DNA of 32,087 bases from Planctomycetia bacterium. GTDB taxonomy: Bacteria; Planctomycetota; PLA2; JAEUHO01. The stretch is from positions 1 through 32,087 of the forward strand of contig JANOFW010000493.1 of the NCBI GenBank assembly GCA_031413835.1, read 5' to 3'. The position numbers were made by a program, and so were the translations under genes. The notes below the pieces were generated by a model. It did no database searches. It saw only the letters and a program-made list of their open reading frames with translations, and was not told the DNA's origin. Below are positions 8,896-17,144 of the stretch, piece by piece. How positions within the stretch are numbered: position 1 is the stretch's first letter; each line of letters starts with the position of its first letter.

Positions 8896-8925
8896 CGGGG
8901 GCGCGGGGGAGCGGGCGGGGAGCGG

Positions 8926-10107
8926 CTAGCGAATGGGCGGTGCCTCGAAATCGAAGCCGGCCTCGTGGGCCTGCTGGCGGACCGCGTCCCGGAGCGCGCG
9001 GTCCAGGCCGTTGGTGTCGCTGAGCTGCTGGCGCTTCATCTCGGCCTCGACGTGCGAGCGGCGCTTGTGGTCGAGATCCTTGACCTGCGCTTGGAGCGCC
9101 GCGCGCTCGCTCTTGCGGGTCTCGAGCCAGGCCTTGCGCTCGGCGGCGGGCACCTTCTGCAGGTCGTCGGGCAGCTCCGCCTCCTTGAGCAGGGCGAGGT
9201 CGAGCGCGGGATCGGCGGCCAGGCGTTCCACGAGGTCGTCGGTCTTGTAGAGGTCCGAGGCCTTGGCGGCGGCGCGCTCGGCGGCGGCGGGGGCGCCGGC
9301 TCCGGCGGCGTTGCCGTCCTGGACCCTCTGGCGCTCCTGCTGCTCGCGGGCCTTGTCGCCCACGAACACGTAGGTGGCGTTGAGCTTGGCGGAGAGCTCG
9401 GCCAGGGGCTGGTCGAAGGGCGTGGCGATGACCACCGTGCCGTGGTTGTGGTCGATGGAGGCGAAGCGCCCCTTGCCCACCAGCGCCAGCTCGCGCCACA
9501 GGGCGGCGTCGCCATCGTCGGGGCCGCCGCAGTAGATGGCGTTGACGACCACGCCCTTGGCGACCGCGTTCTGGGCTTCCAGGCGAAAGGGCTTCTCGCG
9601 GTCCTGGTCGGCCGATTCGTTGCCGGCCACGAACACCATGCGCAAGGCGTTCTCCGGCGTCCACGCCAGGGCGCCGAGCGCGCGGTGGAGCACGCGGCCG
9701 ACGAACTCGTCGCCGCCGTTCGTGCCCAGCTGGAACAGCTTCTCGCTCACCAGGTCGAGGTCCTGGGTGAAGCCGGTGCGCAGCACGACGTGCCCGGGGT
9801 CGTCGCTGCCGGGACTGCCGAAGGTGAGCAGCGCCACGCGCAGCGTGGGGGTGGGCTTGGCCGTGGCCAATTCGCTCACCAGGCTCCAGAGCTTCTGGCG
9901 GGCCGCGTCGATCAGCCCCTGCATGCTGCCCGAGGTGTCCAGGCAGATGGCGAGGTCGATGGTCTTGGGCGCCTCCCGGTGGGGATGCCGCGCCGCGTTC
10001 GGAGCGGCCGTCGGCAGCGGCTCGTCGGCCGGGGCGCGCTCAGCGCCGGGACCGGCGAGGAGGAAGGCGGGGAGCAAGGCGAAGAGGGGCAGGAGGGGGA
10101 CGCGCAT
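8926..10107 (-). CDS. Secreted von Willebrand factor type A (VWA) domain protein with C-terminal coiled-coil region
   Basis: Signal peptide MRVPLLPLFALLPAFLLAGPGA. MIDAS motif DLAICLDTSGSM (DxSxS) plus downstream TNGGDEF and GNESAD. The C-terminus is charged and helical. Confidence 0.8.
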   Translation of the reverse strand: MRVPLLPLFALLPAFLLAGPGAERAPADEPLPTAAPNAARHPHREAPKTIDLAICLDTSGSMQGLIDAARQKLWSLVSELATAKPTPTLRVALLTFGSPGSDDPGHVVLRTGFTQDLDLVSEKLFQLGTNGGDEFVGRVLHRALGALAWTPENALRMVFVAGNESADQDREKPFRLEAQNAVAKGVVVNAIYCGGPDDGDAALWRELALVGKGRFASIDHNHGTVVIATPFDQPLAELSAKLNATYVFVGDKAREQQERQRVQDGNAAGAGAPAAAERAAAKASDLYKTDDLVERLAADPALDLALLKEAELPDDLQKVPAAERKAWLETRKSERAALQAQVKDLDHKRRSHVEAEMKRQQLSDTNGLDRALRDAVRQQAHEAGFDFEAPPIR

Positions 10108-10254
10108 GGCTGGCTCCAGGGACGTGGGGTGCTCGGGGAGGTCGTCGTTCGTCCCCCTATGGACCGCACCCGCCCGTCACGGGTTCGCACAATGCGTGCA
10201 ACGTGGCCGGATCGGCTCGGGAAGGCTGGCGGAGGCCCTTGCTAGGGTGCGTGC

Positions 10255-11454
10255 GTGGCTCCCCCCGCGCCCCCCGATGGATTGGAACGGCTGCACGCCT
10301 ACCGCAGCCGGCCCGAACGCCTGGTCCTGGGCCTGATGTCCGGCATGAGCATGGACGGGCTCGATCTCGCGCTGGTGCGCCTCCGAGGCCGCGCGCCGGG
10401 GCTCGAAGTGACTCTGATGGCGAGCGAGACGCGCCCCTACGACGACGCGCTGCGCGTCCGACTGCGTGCGGCGACATCGGGGGCGGTGGGGGAGGCCGCG
10501 CGGCTCTCGTTCGATCTGGCCGAGCGCTGGGCCGCCGACGTGCTCTCCTTCCTGGCCGCGGCGGGCGTGGCGCGCGAGGAGGTGGACGCCCTCGCCTCGC
10601 ACGGCCAGACGCTGTTTCACCTGCCGCGTGCCGAGAACGGGGGCCGTGCGGTCACGCTGCAGGTGGGCGACGGCGACGTGCTCGCCGAGCGTACCGGGAT
10701 CCTGACGGTCTCCGACTTCCGCCCCCGTGACATCGCCGCCGGGGGCGAGGGCGCGCCCCTGATCCCCTACGCCGACTGGTGCCTGTGGGCCCGCCCCAAC
10801 GAGGTGAGCGCCAGCGTGAACCTGGGCAGCATCGCCAACGTGACGGTCATCACCGAGGATCCCGCCCAGGTGCTCGCCTCCGACGTCGGTCCCGCCAATG
10901 CGCTGATCGATGGGTTCGCGCGCGAGATCCCGGGCGCCCACGGCGGCATCGACCGGGACGGAGCGCTCTCGGCCTTGGGGCAGGTCCACGAAGGGCTGCT
11001 GGCCGCGCTGAGCGACCACGCGCGTGCGTTCCTGGACGCGGCGCCGCCCAAGAGCGCCGGCTTCCAGCACTTCGGCCCCGAGGTCGCGGCCCGTTTCGCA
11101 CGCGCGTTCGCGCAGGTCGCGCCCCACGATCGGGTGCGCACGGCGGTGGAGCTCACGGCCCGCGCGCTGGCGGACGGGCTCACGCGCTTCGTGCGCCCCC
11201 GCTTCCCGCGTCTTGCGCTCGCGCGCTTCTCCGGCGGCGGGACGCGCAACCCGACGTTGATGCGCGCCCTCGCCGCGCGGCTGGCCCCGCTTGCGATCCA
11301 CGTCGAAGCCCTCGAGCCGGCCTTGAGCGACGCCAAGGAGGCCCTCGGCTTCGCGCTGCTCGCCGACGCGACCCTCCGTGGCCTCTCCGCAAACCTTCCT
11401 TCCGCCACCGGCGCGCGTCGCGGCGTGCCGCTCGGCAAGATCAGCGTCCCGTAG
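10255..11454 (+). CDS. anmK: Anhydro-N-acetylmuramic acid kinase
   Basis: LGLMSGMSMDGLDLALV, SHGQTLFH, DFRPRDIAAGGEGAPLIPYADW, DVGPANALID and GGGTRNPTLMRAL are characteristic AnmK motifs. The GTG start is tentative. Confidence 0.85.
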   Translation: MAPPAPPDGLERLHAYRSRPERLVLGLMSGMSMDGLDLALVRLRGRAPGLEVTLMASETRPYDDALRVRLRAATSGAVGEAARLSFDLAERWAADVLSFLAAAGVAREEVDALASHGQTLFHLPRAENGGRAVTLQVGDGDVLAERTGILTVSDFRPRDIAAGGEGAPLIPYADWCLWARPNEVSASVNLGSIANVTVITEDPAQVLASDVGPANALIDGFAREIPGAHGGIDRDGALSALGQVHEGLLAALSDHARAFLDAAPPKSAGFQHFGPEVAARFARAFAQVAPHDRVRTAVELTARALADGLTRFVRPRFPRLALARFSGGGTRNPTLMRALAARLAPLAIHVEALEPALSDAKEALGFALLADATLRGLSANLPSATGARRGVPLGKISVP

Positions 11455-11506
11455 GCGTGGCGGGCGGGGGAGAGCGCAACGAACAGCCGCGCGCTACGCT
11501 GGCGCG

Positions 11507-12037
11507 ATGAAGGTCACCGGCACAGGGGTCGTGGCGATCTGCCTGGCGACGATGGCATCGCTTTGGCTGATCCTGTACCTGCGTGAGAACATCTTCTTCG
11601 AGGACCCTCCCGCGCCGCCGGACTCGCCGGTCGGCACCTTCGAGTTCACCATCGTCGGGGACTGGATACGCGGGGGGCCCCCGGAGCAGGGGACCAACGG
11701 TGCGCAGGAGGCCGACTGGTCCATCGCGCTCGTCGTCCGTCCCGACGGGACCTTCCGCTATACGTGGCAGAGCCTGCGACAGGCTGCCAGCCGTTCGGGA
11801 TCGTTGGAGGGCACGTGGCACGCTGCGAACCAGGGCATCGGTCCGTCCTCGCGGCACTGGCACCTGCGCATCCCCGGTCGGCCCGAGCCGTCGCGGGTCC
11901 GCTCTGGGATCGGCGGCCAAGTCACCGACGAGATCAGCTGGTACCGGGATTCTGGTTGGTGGATCTCGGCCGTCAATCTGCACACGGGCGCCCTTGACAG
12001 TGCCTTCTGGCCGCACAGGCGCGCTCCCAAGCGCTGA
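11507..12037 (+). CDS. Hypothetical membrane-anchored, Trp-rich protein (176 aa)
   Basis: ATG at 11507 is followed by TM anchor VVAICLATMASLWLILYL. Coding-like codon usage, with more A/T at third positions than neighbouring genes. No recognised domain and no clear SD. Confidence 0.5.
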   Translation: MKVTGTGVVAICLATMASLWLILYLRENIFFEDPPAPPDSPVGTFEFTIVGDWIRGGPPEQGTNGAQEADWSIALVVRPDGTFRYTWQSLRQAASRSGSLEGTWHAANQGIGPSSRHWHLRIPGRPEPSRVRSGIGGQVTDEISWYRDSGWWISAVNLHTGALDSAFWPHRRAPKR

Positions 12038-12040
12038 CTC

Positions 12041-12355
12041 GTGCTGGGGCTGACACGGCGCGGGCACGGGGGCGGAGCCCCCACGGCCGCGCTGACGTAT
12101 GCTGGGTCCGTGCGCCGCATCTTCCCCTCCAGCCGCGCTTGGATTGCGGATGTGGTGTGTGGGGTCTTCGGCGGCTACGTAGTTCTGGGCGCCTATGGGA
12201 TTGCTGCGGGCGTGGTCTTCATGGCCGGCACCGGGGAGGTGTTTCGCCGTCGGCGGTTGCGCCGGGAGGCGCAGCTGGGCGAATTGCGCGCGCGACACCG
12301 AGGCGGACTAGCGTCGACACCCGTTAGCCAGGTCGTCGGCGTCCCATCGGAGTAG
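12041..12355 (+). CDS. Possible small membrane protein (104 aa)
   Basis: GTG lies 3 nt after the previous stop. One hydrophobic segment (WIADVVCGVFGGYVVLGAYGIAAGVVFMAG). Its 3' end overlaps the convergent HTH gene by ~30 nt. Weak support. Confidence 0.3.
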   Translation: MLGLTRRGHGGGAPTAALTYAGSVRRIFPSSRAWIADVVCGVFGGYVVLGAYGIAAGVVFMAGTGEVFRRRRLRREAQLGELRARHRGGLASTPVSQVVGVPSE

Positions 12356-12836
12356 GCGGAGTTCCCGGGCTGACGGCGATGCGCTCGGGGCCGCGGAGCA
12401 CCGAGGTCTCGAGGCGGCCCCCCAGGGCCTGGGCGTAGAGGCGCAGGCTCGAGAGCCGAACGTCTGGGCGGCGCTCGAGCTTGGAGAGGTCGGACTGGCT
12501 CATGTCCATGCGTCGAGCCAGCGAGGCCTGCGTGAGGCCCAGGCGCCGCCGTAGCACCGCCAGGCTCAGGACGGGCAGGGTCGGGTCGCAGGCCTCGACC
12601 TCTGTGCGCCGACGGTCGATCCACGTGCGCCAGAGGGCGGAGGTGCCGTACATCGGGAACGCGCCCAGCAGATCGAGCACGCGGTCGGCGAGGGGGCCGT
12701 GCGGGTCCTTGGCCAGGGCGTCCCGAAGGGGACGCCAAAGGCCGAGGTCGCCTCGATCAAGGAGGTCCACGAGGGCGGCGGAGGGCAGGCGTTCGACCGG
12801 CGTGCCGGGGGGGTAGCGGAGGTGACGGTGCTTCAC
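12324..12836 (-). CDS. XRE (Cro/C1-type) helix-turn-helix protein with an unknown N-terminal domain (170 aa)
   Basis: C-terminal LRRRLGLTQASLARRMDMSQSDLSKLERRPD is a typical XRE HTH. The GTG start at 12836 overlaps the stop of the upstream NTase-like gene (GTGA). Confidence 0.65.
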   Translation of the reverse strand: MKHRHLRYPPGTPVERLPSAALVDLLDRGDLGLWRPLRDALAKDPHGPLADRVLDLLGAFPMYGTSALWRTWIDRRRTEVEACDPTLPVLSLAVLRRRLGLTQASLARRMDMSQSDLSKLERRPDVRLSSLRLYAQALGGRLETSVLRGPERIAVSPGTPPTPMGRRRPG

Positions 12837-13525
12837 GGCGCGCTCCCGTCGAAGCGTTCCAAGATCCGGGCGGCAAGGCGGCGGCACGCAGCGACGACCG
12901 CATCCCAGTCTTGCCAGCGCGGCTCCAGATCGCGGTACGCGCGCAGGTCCACCTCCGAAAGGTCGCCCGGCCGCGGTTCGGCGAGCTGGCGAGCCACCTG
13001 CGTGGCCACGCGGCTGCCCCCCGGCCCCCGTTGATCTTGGTAGTAGGCGTCGAGAGCGGCGAGGACCTCGGCAGCGCGCGCTTCGCCCAGCCGGTCGGCC
13101 CGGGCTACCACGTCGAGGTAGTCGCGCGTGGCGTTGCGCATCAGGCACAGCCAGGCCTTGATGCGCGTCATCTCGGCGAGGGTCGGGACGCGCAGAGGCT
13201 TGCCACGGATCGTCACCGTCTCGACCTCGAGCGGCCGGGAGCGGATCAGGTTGCGGATGCCCGTCTCGACGCCGTCCAACGTGCCCAAGATCAAGACCGG
13301 CCGCTTGACGCGAGCGGTGACCCAACCCTGCGTCTCCTCGAGCGCCTGGAGCACGCCGTCGAAGCGCAGGCTCAGGTCCGCGACGGTGTGGTCGTCGTCG
13401 AGCGAGACGCGGTGGCCGGCGTGCAGCGCGGCTGCCGTGCCGCCTACGAGGACCGCGTCGGGCACGAGTTCTTGCAGTCGCGCGGCGGCGCGCAGGATCC
13501 GGTGCAGGGCGGGGCGAGGGGCCAT
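12833..13525 (-). CDS. Nucleotidyltransferase-fold protein, AbiEii/DUF1814-like (230 aa)
   Basis: VLVGGTAAALHAGHRVSLDDDH fits the minimal pol-beta NTase signature (GG[ST]-x10-S-x-D-x-D) seen in AbiEii-type toxins. Clean ATG start at 13525. Confidence 0.6.
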   Translation of the reverse strand: MAPRPALHRILRAAARLQELVPDAVLVGGTAAALHAGHRVSLDDDHTVADLSLRFDGVLQALEETQGWVTARVKRPVLILGTLDGVETGIRNLIRSRPLEVETVTIRGKPLRVPTLAEMTRIKAWLCLMRNATRDYLDVVARADRLGEARAAEVLAALDAYYQDQRGPGGSRVATQVARQLAEPRPGDLSEVDLRAYRDLEPRWQDWDAVVAACRRLAARILERFDGSAP

Positions 13526-13526
13526 G

Positions 13527-13544
13527 TAGTGATTATACTCACTA
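13527..13544 (-). promoter_or_regulatory. Palindromic operator TAGTGA-N6-TCACTA overlapping a TATAAT -10 box, giving a leaderless-type promoter for the NTase/HTH pair
   Basis: The minus strand reads ..aaTAGTGAgTATAATCACTAcATG. TATAAT (13537-13532) ends 6 nt before the ATG and there is no SD. The palindrome arms are perfect 6-mers. The -35 is poor. Confidence 0.45.
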
Positions 13545-13613
13545 TTGGGCCCCGCGCCACCCCGGGTGCGGAGAGGGCCTAGGGGGCGCCCGGGAGCGGC
13601 CGGGCAGGCGGTG

Positions 13614-14645
13614 CTACGCGGACGGCCCCAGCAGGATCGCCAGCGCGCGGCCGTCCTTGGTCTCGAGGAGCAGGGAGCGCACGATCATGGTGAGGGGCAC
13701 GGAGAGGAGCATGCCGACGGGCCCCCAGAGCCAGCCCCAGAGGAGCAGGGAGAGCAGCACGACGAGGGGCGAGAGGCCCAGGCGGCGTCCCATGACCAGG
13801 GGCTCGAGCACGCTCCCCACCAGCTGGCCGATGCCCACCTGCGTGAGCGCCATCACGCCCGCGGCCCCGGCGCCGCGCTCGGCCAGGGTGAGCAGCACGA
13901 TGGGGATGGCCACGATGAAGGAGCCCACGCTGGGCACGAAGTTGAAGAGGAAGGCGAGCAGGCCCCAGAGCAGGGGGTGGCGCACGCCCAGGAGCAGGCA
14001 GGCCAGGGCGACGAGCGCGCCCGCCAGCGCATTCATCACCGTCTTCCAGAAGGCGTAGGCGCTCACGGCCTTGGCCATGCGGGCGTAGAGCGAGAGGTCG
14101 GCGTGCGCGTCGCCCAGCGCCGCGCGCATCTTCCCGGGCAGGTCCTCGGCCTCCACGAGCGCGAAAACGGTGAGCAGCAGGATGACCACGAAGGAGGAGA
14201 GGAGGTCCACCAGCCCCGTCACGGTGCCCGTCAGCAGGTCGAGCAGCATGTTGGGATGGAAGCGCTGCGTCACGGCCTCGGCCGAGGAGTCCCAGCCGAG
14301 CCGTTCCAGGCTGGCGACGGCCTTGCTCGTCAGCCCGTCGATCTCCTGGCGCAGCGTGGGCAGGTCGTTGGCGAAGGTCGTGAGCGAGGAGGTCAGGAGC
14401 GAGGTGAAGACTGCCAGCGTCACGAGCGCCGTCAGGAGGGTCGCGCCTACCGCCACAGGCTTGGGCCAGCCCCAGCCGATCAGGCGCTGCTGAAGCGGCA
14501 GGGCCACCAGCGCGAGGAAGCCGGCGGCCACGATGGGCAGCAGGACCGGGGCCGCGATCTTCAGCCCCGCGGTCACGATCACCACGCCGGCGAGCACCTT
14601 GACGATGCGCGCCGCCGAGCCGTCCTGTTGGCCGTCCGCGCTCAC
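13614..14645 (-). CDS. AI-2E family transporter (PerM/UPF0118)
   Basis: Polytopic membrane protein with the typical GVRHPLLWGLLAFLFNFVPSVGSFI and LVMGRRLGLSPLVVLLSLLLWGWLWGPVGMLLSVPL segments. GTG start. Confidence 0.85.
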   Translation of the reverse strand: MSADGQQDGSAARIVKVLAGVVIVTAGLKIAAPVLLPIVAAGFLALVALPLQQRLIGWGWPKPVAVGATLLTALVTLAVFTSLLTSSLTTFANDLPTLRQEIDGLTSKAVASLERLGWDSSAEAVTQRFHPNMLLDLLTGTVTGLVDLLSSFVVILLLTVFALVEAEDLPGKMRAALGDAHADLSLYARMAKAVSAYAFWKTVMNALAGALVALACLLLGVRHPLLWGLLAFLFNFVPSVGSFIVAIPIVLLTLAERGAGAAGVMALTQVGIGQLVGSVLEPLVMGRRLGLSPLVVLLSLLLWGWLWGPVGMLLSVPLTMIVRSLLLETKDGRALAILLGPSA

Positions 14646-14716
14646 CTGGGCCTCCCGTCGGAGCGTAGCACGCGCTGGTTCCAGGCGGCGGGGGTGGGGT
14701 AGGCCCGCGGTAGGTT

Positions 14717-15184
14717 GTGGGCGTGATCGCTCCCGCGCCTGACGAGGTTCCGCTGGCCGTCGAGGTGCTGCCGCACGGGCAGGGCCTGCCGCTTCCCGCC
14801 TACGCCACGCCGGGCAGCGCCGGCCTGGACCTCGTGGCCGCGTTGACCGGGCCGCTCACGCTGGCTCCCATGGCCCGCACGCTGGTGCCCACGGGCTTGA
14901 AGCTCGCCATCCCCCTGGGCTACGAGGGCCAGGTGCGTCCGCGCAGCGGGCTGGCCTTGAAACACGGGCTCACGATCCCCAACGCGCCTGGCACCATCGA
15001 TAGCGATTACCGCGGCGAGCTGCAGGTGATGCTGGTGAACCTGGGCACGGCGCCGGTGACCATCGAGCGCGGCCAACGCATCGCACAGCTGGTGATCGCG
15101 CCCGTGGTGCGCGCGCGCTTCGTCACGGGCGTGCCGCTCGAGGCCACCGTGCGCGGCGACGGCGGGTTTGGGCACACCGGCTGA
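14717..15184 (+). CDS. dut: dUTP diphosphatase
   Basis: [34 protein letters not shown] and [10 protein letters not shown] are the five dUTPase motifs. Confidence 0.9.
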   Translation: MGVIAPAPDEVPLAVEVLPHGQGLPLPAYATPGSAGLDLVAALTGPLTLAPMARTLVPTGLKLAIPLGYEGQVRPRSGLALKHGLTIPNAPGTIDSDYRGELQVMLVNLGTAPVTIERGQRIAQLVIAPVVRARFVTGVPLEATVRGDGGFGHTG

Positions 15185-15299
15185 CGGGCGCGGACGCCGT
15201 GTGCGATCAGGGAAACAAGCGACAGCCCGTCAGATGGGGCAGAGGCGGAGCGGTGGAGGCCGGTCCCCGGGCAAGCGGGGCGGCAAGCCGCAGGGTGTG

Positions 15300-15328
15300 T
15301 TGACAGGGTGCAGGCACGCCCCCAGAAT
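15300..15328 (+). promoter_or_regulatory. Sigma-70-type promoter (TTGACA-17 nt-CAGAAT), 8 nt upstream of the ABC ATPase ATG, so leaderless or nearly so
   Basis: TTGACA at 15300-15305, an exact 17-nt spacer, CAGAAT at 15323-15328, then cccgcccc with no SD and ATG at 15337. Motif match only. Confidence 0.45.
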
Positions 15329-15336
15329 CCCGCCCC

Positions 15337-17142
15337 ATGAGCAACGACGGCCGCGCCGCACTCCTCGAGATCACGGGCCTCAAGACCTGGTTCCACACCG
15401 AGGACCGGGTGGTCAAGGCGGTCAACGACGTCTCGATCTCGATCAATGAGGGCGAGACCCTGGGCGTGGTGGGGGAGTCGGGCTCGGGCAAGTCGGTGAC
15501 GGCCCTGACCGTCATGCGCCTGCTGCCCCCCGAGACCGCGCGCGTCCACGAGGGCCGCATCTCGTTCCTGGGCCGCGACCTGATCGGCCTGCCCTTGAAG
15601 GACATGCGCAAGATCCGGGGCAAGGAGATCGGGATGATCTTCCAGGAGCCCATGACCTCGCTCAACCCGGTCTTCCGGGTGGGCGACCAGGTCATGGAGC
15701 CCATCATGGTCCACGAGGGGCTGAGCCGCGCCGACGCTCGCGCCCGGGCCCTCGAGCTGTTCCGCGAGGTGGACATCCCCGACCCCGAGCGGCGCATCGA
15801 CTCCTACCCGCACGAGATGTCGGGCGGCCAGAAACAGCGCGTGATGATCGCCATGGCGCTGGCCTGCAACCCCAAGCTGCTGATCGCCGACGAGCCGAGC
15901 ACCGCGCTCGACGTGACGATCCAGAAGCAGATCCTCGAGCTCTTGCGGCGCCTGCGCGACCAGCGCGGCATGTCGATCCTGTTCATCACCCACGACCTGG
16001 GCGTGATCGCCGAGATCGCCGACCAGGTAGCGGTGATGTTCCAGGGCCACCTGGTGGAGTACGGTGACGTCGAGCAGATCTTCGCCGCGCCCAAGCACCC
16101 CTACACGCGCAGCCTGATGGCCTGCCGCCCGAACATCGACACGAAGTACCGCCGGCTGCCGACCACCTCCACGTTCATGTCCTGGAGCCTGGACGAGCAG
16201 CACCAGCTGCACATCGTGGAGAAGCCGGTGGACCTGCCGGCCTTGAAGGCGCTGGAGTCCGCGGGTCGCGACAAGCTGCTCAAGCCCGAGGGCGAGCCGC
16301 TGCTCTCGGTGAGGGATCTCGCGGTCCACTTCCCCATCAAGAAGGGCCTCTTCGGCCGCACGGTGGGGCACGTCAAGGCCGTGGACGGCATCTCCTTCGA
16401 CGTCTGGAAGGGCCAGACGCTGGGCCTGGTGGGCGAGTCGGGCTGCGGCAAGACCACCACGGGCCGCGCCATCCTGCGCCTGATCGAGCCCACGGGGGGC
16501 GAGGCCTGGTTCGAGGGCCGCGACCTGGCCCACGTGCCGCCCAAGGAGCTGCGCGCGCTGCGGCGGCACATGCAAATCATCTTCCAGGACCCCTACTCCT
16601 CCCTCAACCCGCGCATGACGGTGGGCGACATGGTGAGCGAGCCGATGGAGGTCCACGGCCTGGCGACCTCCAAGACCGAGCGCCAGGACCGCGTGGCCGC
16701 GCTCCTGAAGGAGGTCGGCCTCCTGCCCGAGCACATGAACCGCTACCCGCACGAGTTCTCGGGCGGGCAGCGCCAGCGCATCTCGATCGCCCGGGCGCTC
16801 GCCCTCCAGCCGCGCTTCATCATCTGCGACGAGTCGGTCTCGGCCCTGGACGTGAGCGTCCAGGCGCAGGTCTTGAACCTGCTCAAGGACCTGCAGGAGA
16901 AGCACGAGCTCACCTACATCTTCATCAGCCACGACCTCTCGGTGGTGAAGTTCATGAGCGACACCATGGCCGTGATGAAGGACGGCAAGATCGTCGAGAT
17001 GGGCGCGGCCCACGAGATCTACGCGGCGCCGCGCGAGGACTACACGCGCCGCCTGATCGACGCGGTGCCGCGCATCGACCTGGCGCGGCTGCGCCAGAAC
17101 CGCGCCGTGCGCCGCGCGCAGCAGGCTGCCGCGAGAGGCTAG
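15337..17142 (+). CDS. ABC transporter ATP-binding protein with two fused ABC domains (DppD/DppF, YejF/GsiA-like)
   Basis: Two sets of Walker A ([16 protein letters not shown]), signature ([16 protein letters not shown]) and Walker B ([24 protein letters not shown]). Oligopeptide-type C-terminal tails ([15 protein letters not shown]). No permease or binding-protein gene is adjacent. Confidence 0.9.
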   Translation: MSNDGRAALLEITGLKTWFHTEDRVVKAVNDVSISINEGETLGVVGESGSGKSVTALTVMRLLPPETARVHEGRISFLGRDLIGLPLKDMRKIRGKEIGMIFQEPMTSLNPVFRVGDQVMEPIMVHEGLSRADARARALELFREVDIPDPERRIDSYPHEMSGGQKQRVMIAMALACNPKLLIADEPSTALDVTIQKQILELLRRLRDQRGMSILFITHDLGVIAEIADQVAVMFQGHLVEYGDVEQIFAAPKHPYTRSLMACRPNIDTKYRRLPTTSTFMSWSLDEQHQLHIVEKPVDLPALKALESAGRDKLLKPEGEPLLSVRDLAVHFPIKKGLFGRTVGHVKAVDGISFDVWKGQTLGLVGESGCGKTTTGRAILRLIEPTGGEAWFEGRDLAHVPPKELRALRRHMQIIFQDPYSSLNPRMTVGDMVSEPMEVHGLATSKTERQDRVAALLKEVGLLPEHMNRYPHEFSGGQRQRISIARALALQPRFIICDESVSALDVSVQAQVLNLLKDLQEKHELTYIFISHDLSVVKFMSDTMAVMKDGKIVEMGAAHEIYAAPREDYTRRLIDAVPRIDLARLRQNRAVRRAQQAAARG

Positions 17143-17144
17143 CC

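Noticed and set aside
6830-9664. Single 944-aa ORF spanning the GT fusion and continuing upstream. Likewise the N-terminal extensions of 2613..5456, 2308..4734, 12324..13325, 20056..21228, 22998..24347, 25932..27338 and 28637..29584.
   Set aside because: The upstream parts overlap well-supported genes in other frames (M50 protease, VWA, etc.) and are low-complexity Arg/Pro/Gly sequence. Internal starts that abut or overlap the preceding stop codon, or that have an SD or signal peptide, give products of family-typical length.
10170-10200. Partial palindrome ttcgcacaatgcgtgcaa in the VWA/anmK divergent spacer as an operator.
   Set aside because: The arms are imperfect (gcaca vs gcacg) and short, and there is no associated regulator gene. 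This is not distinguishable from chance in GC-rich DNA.
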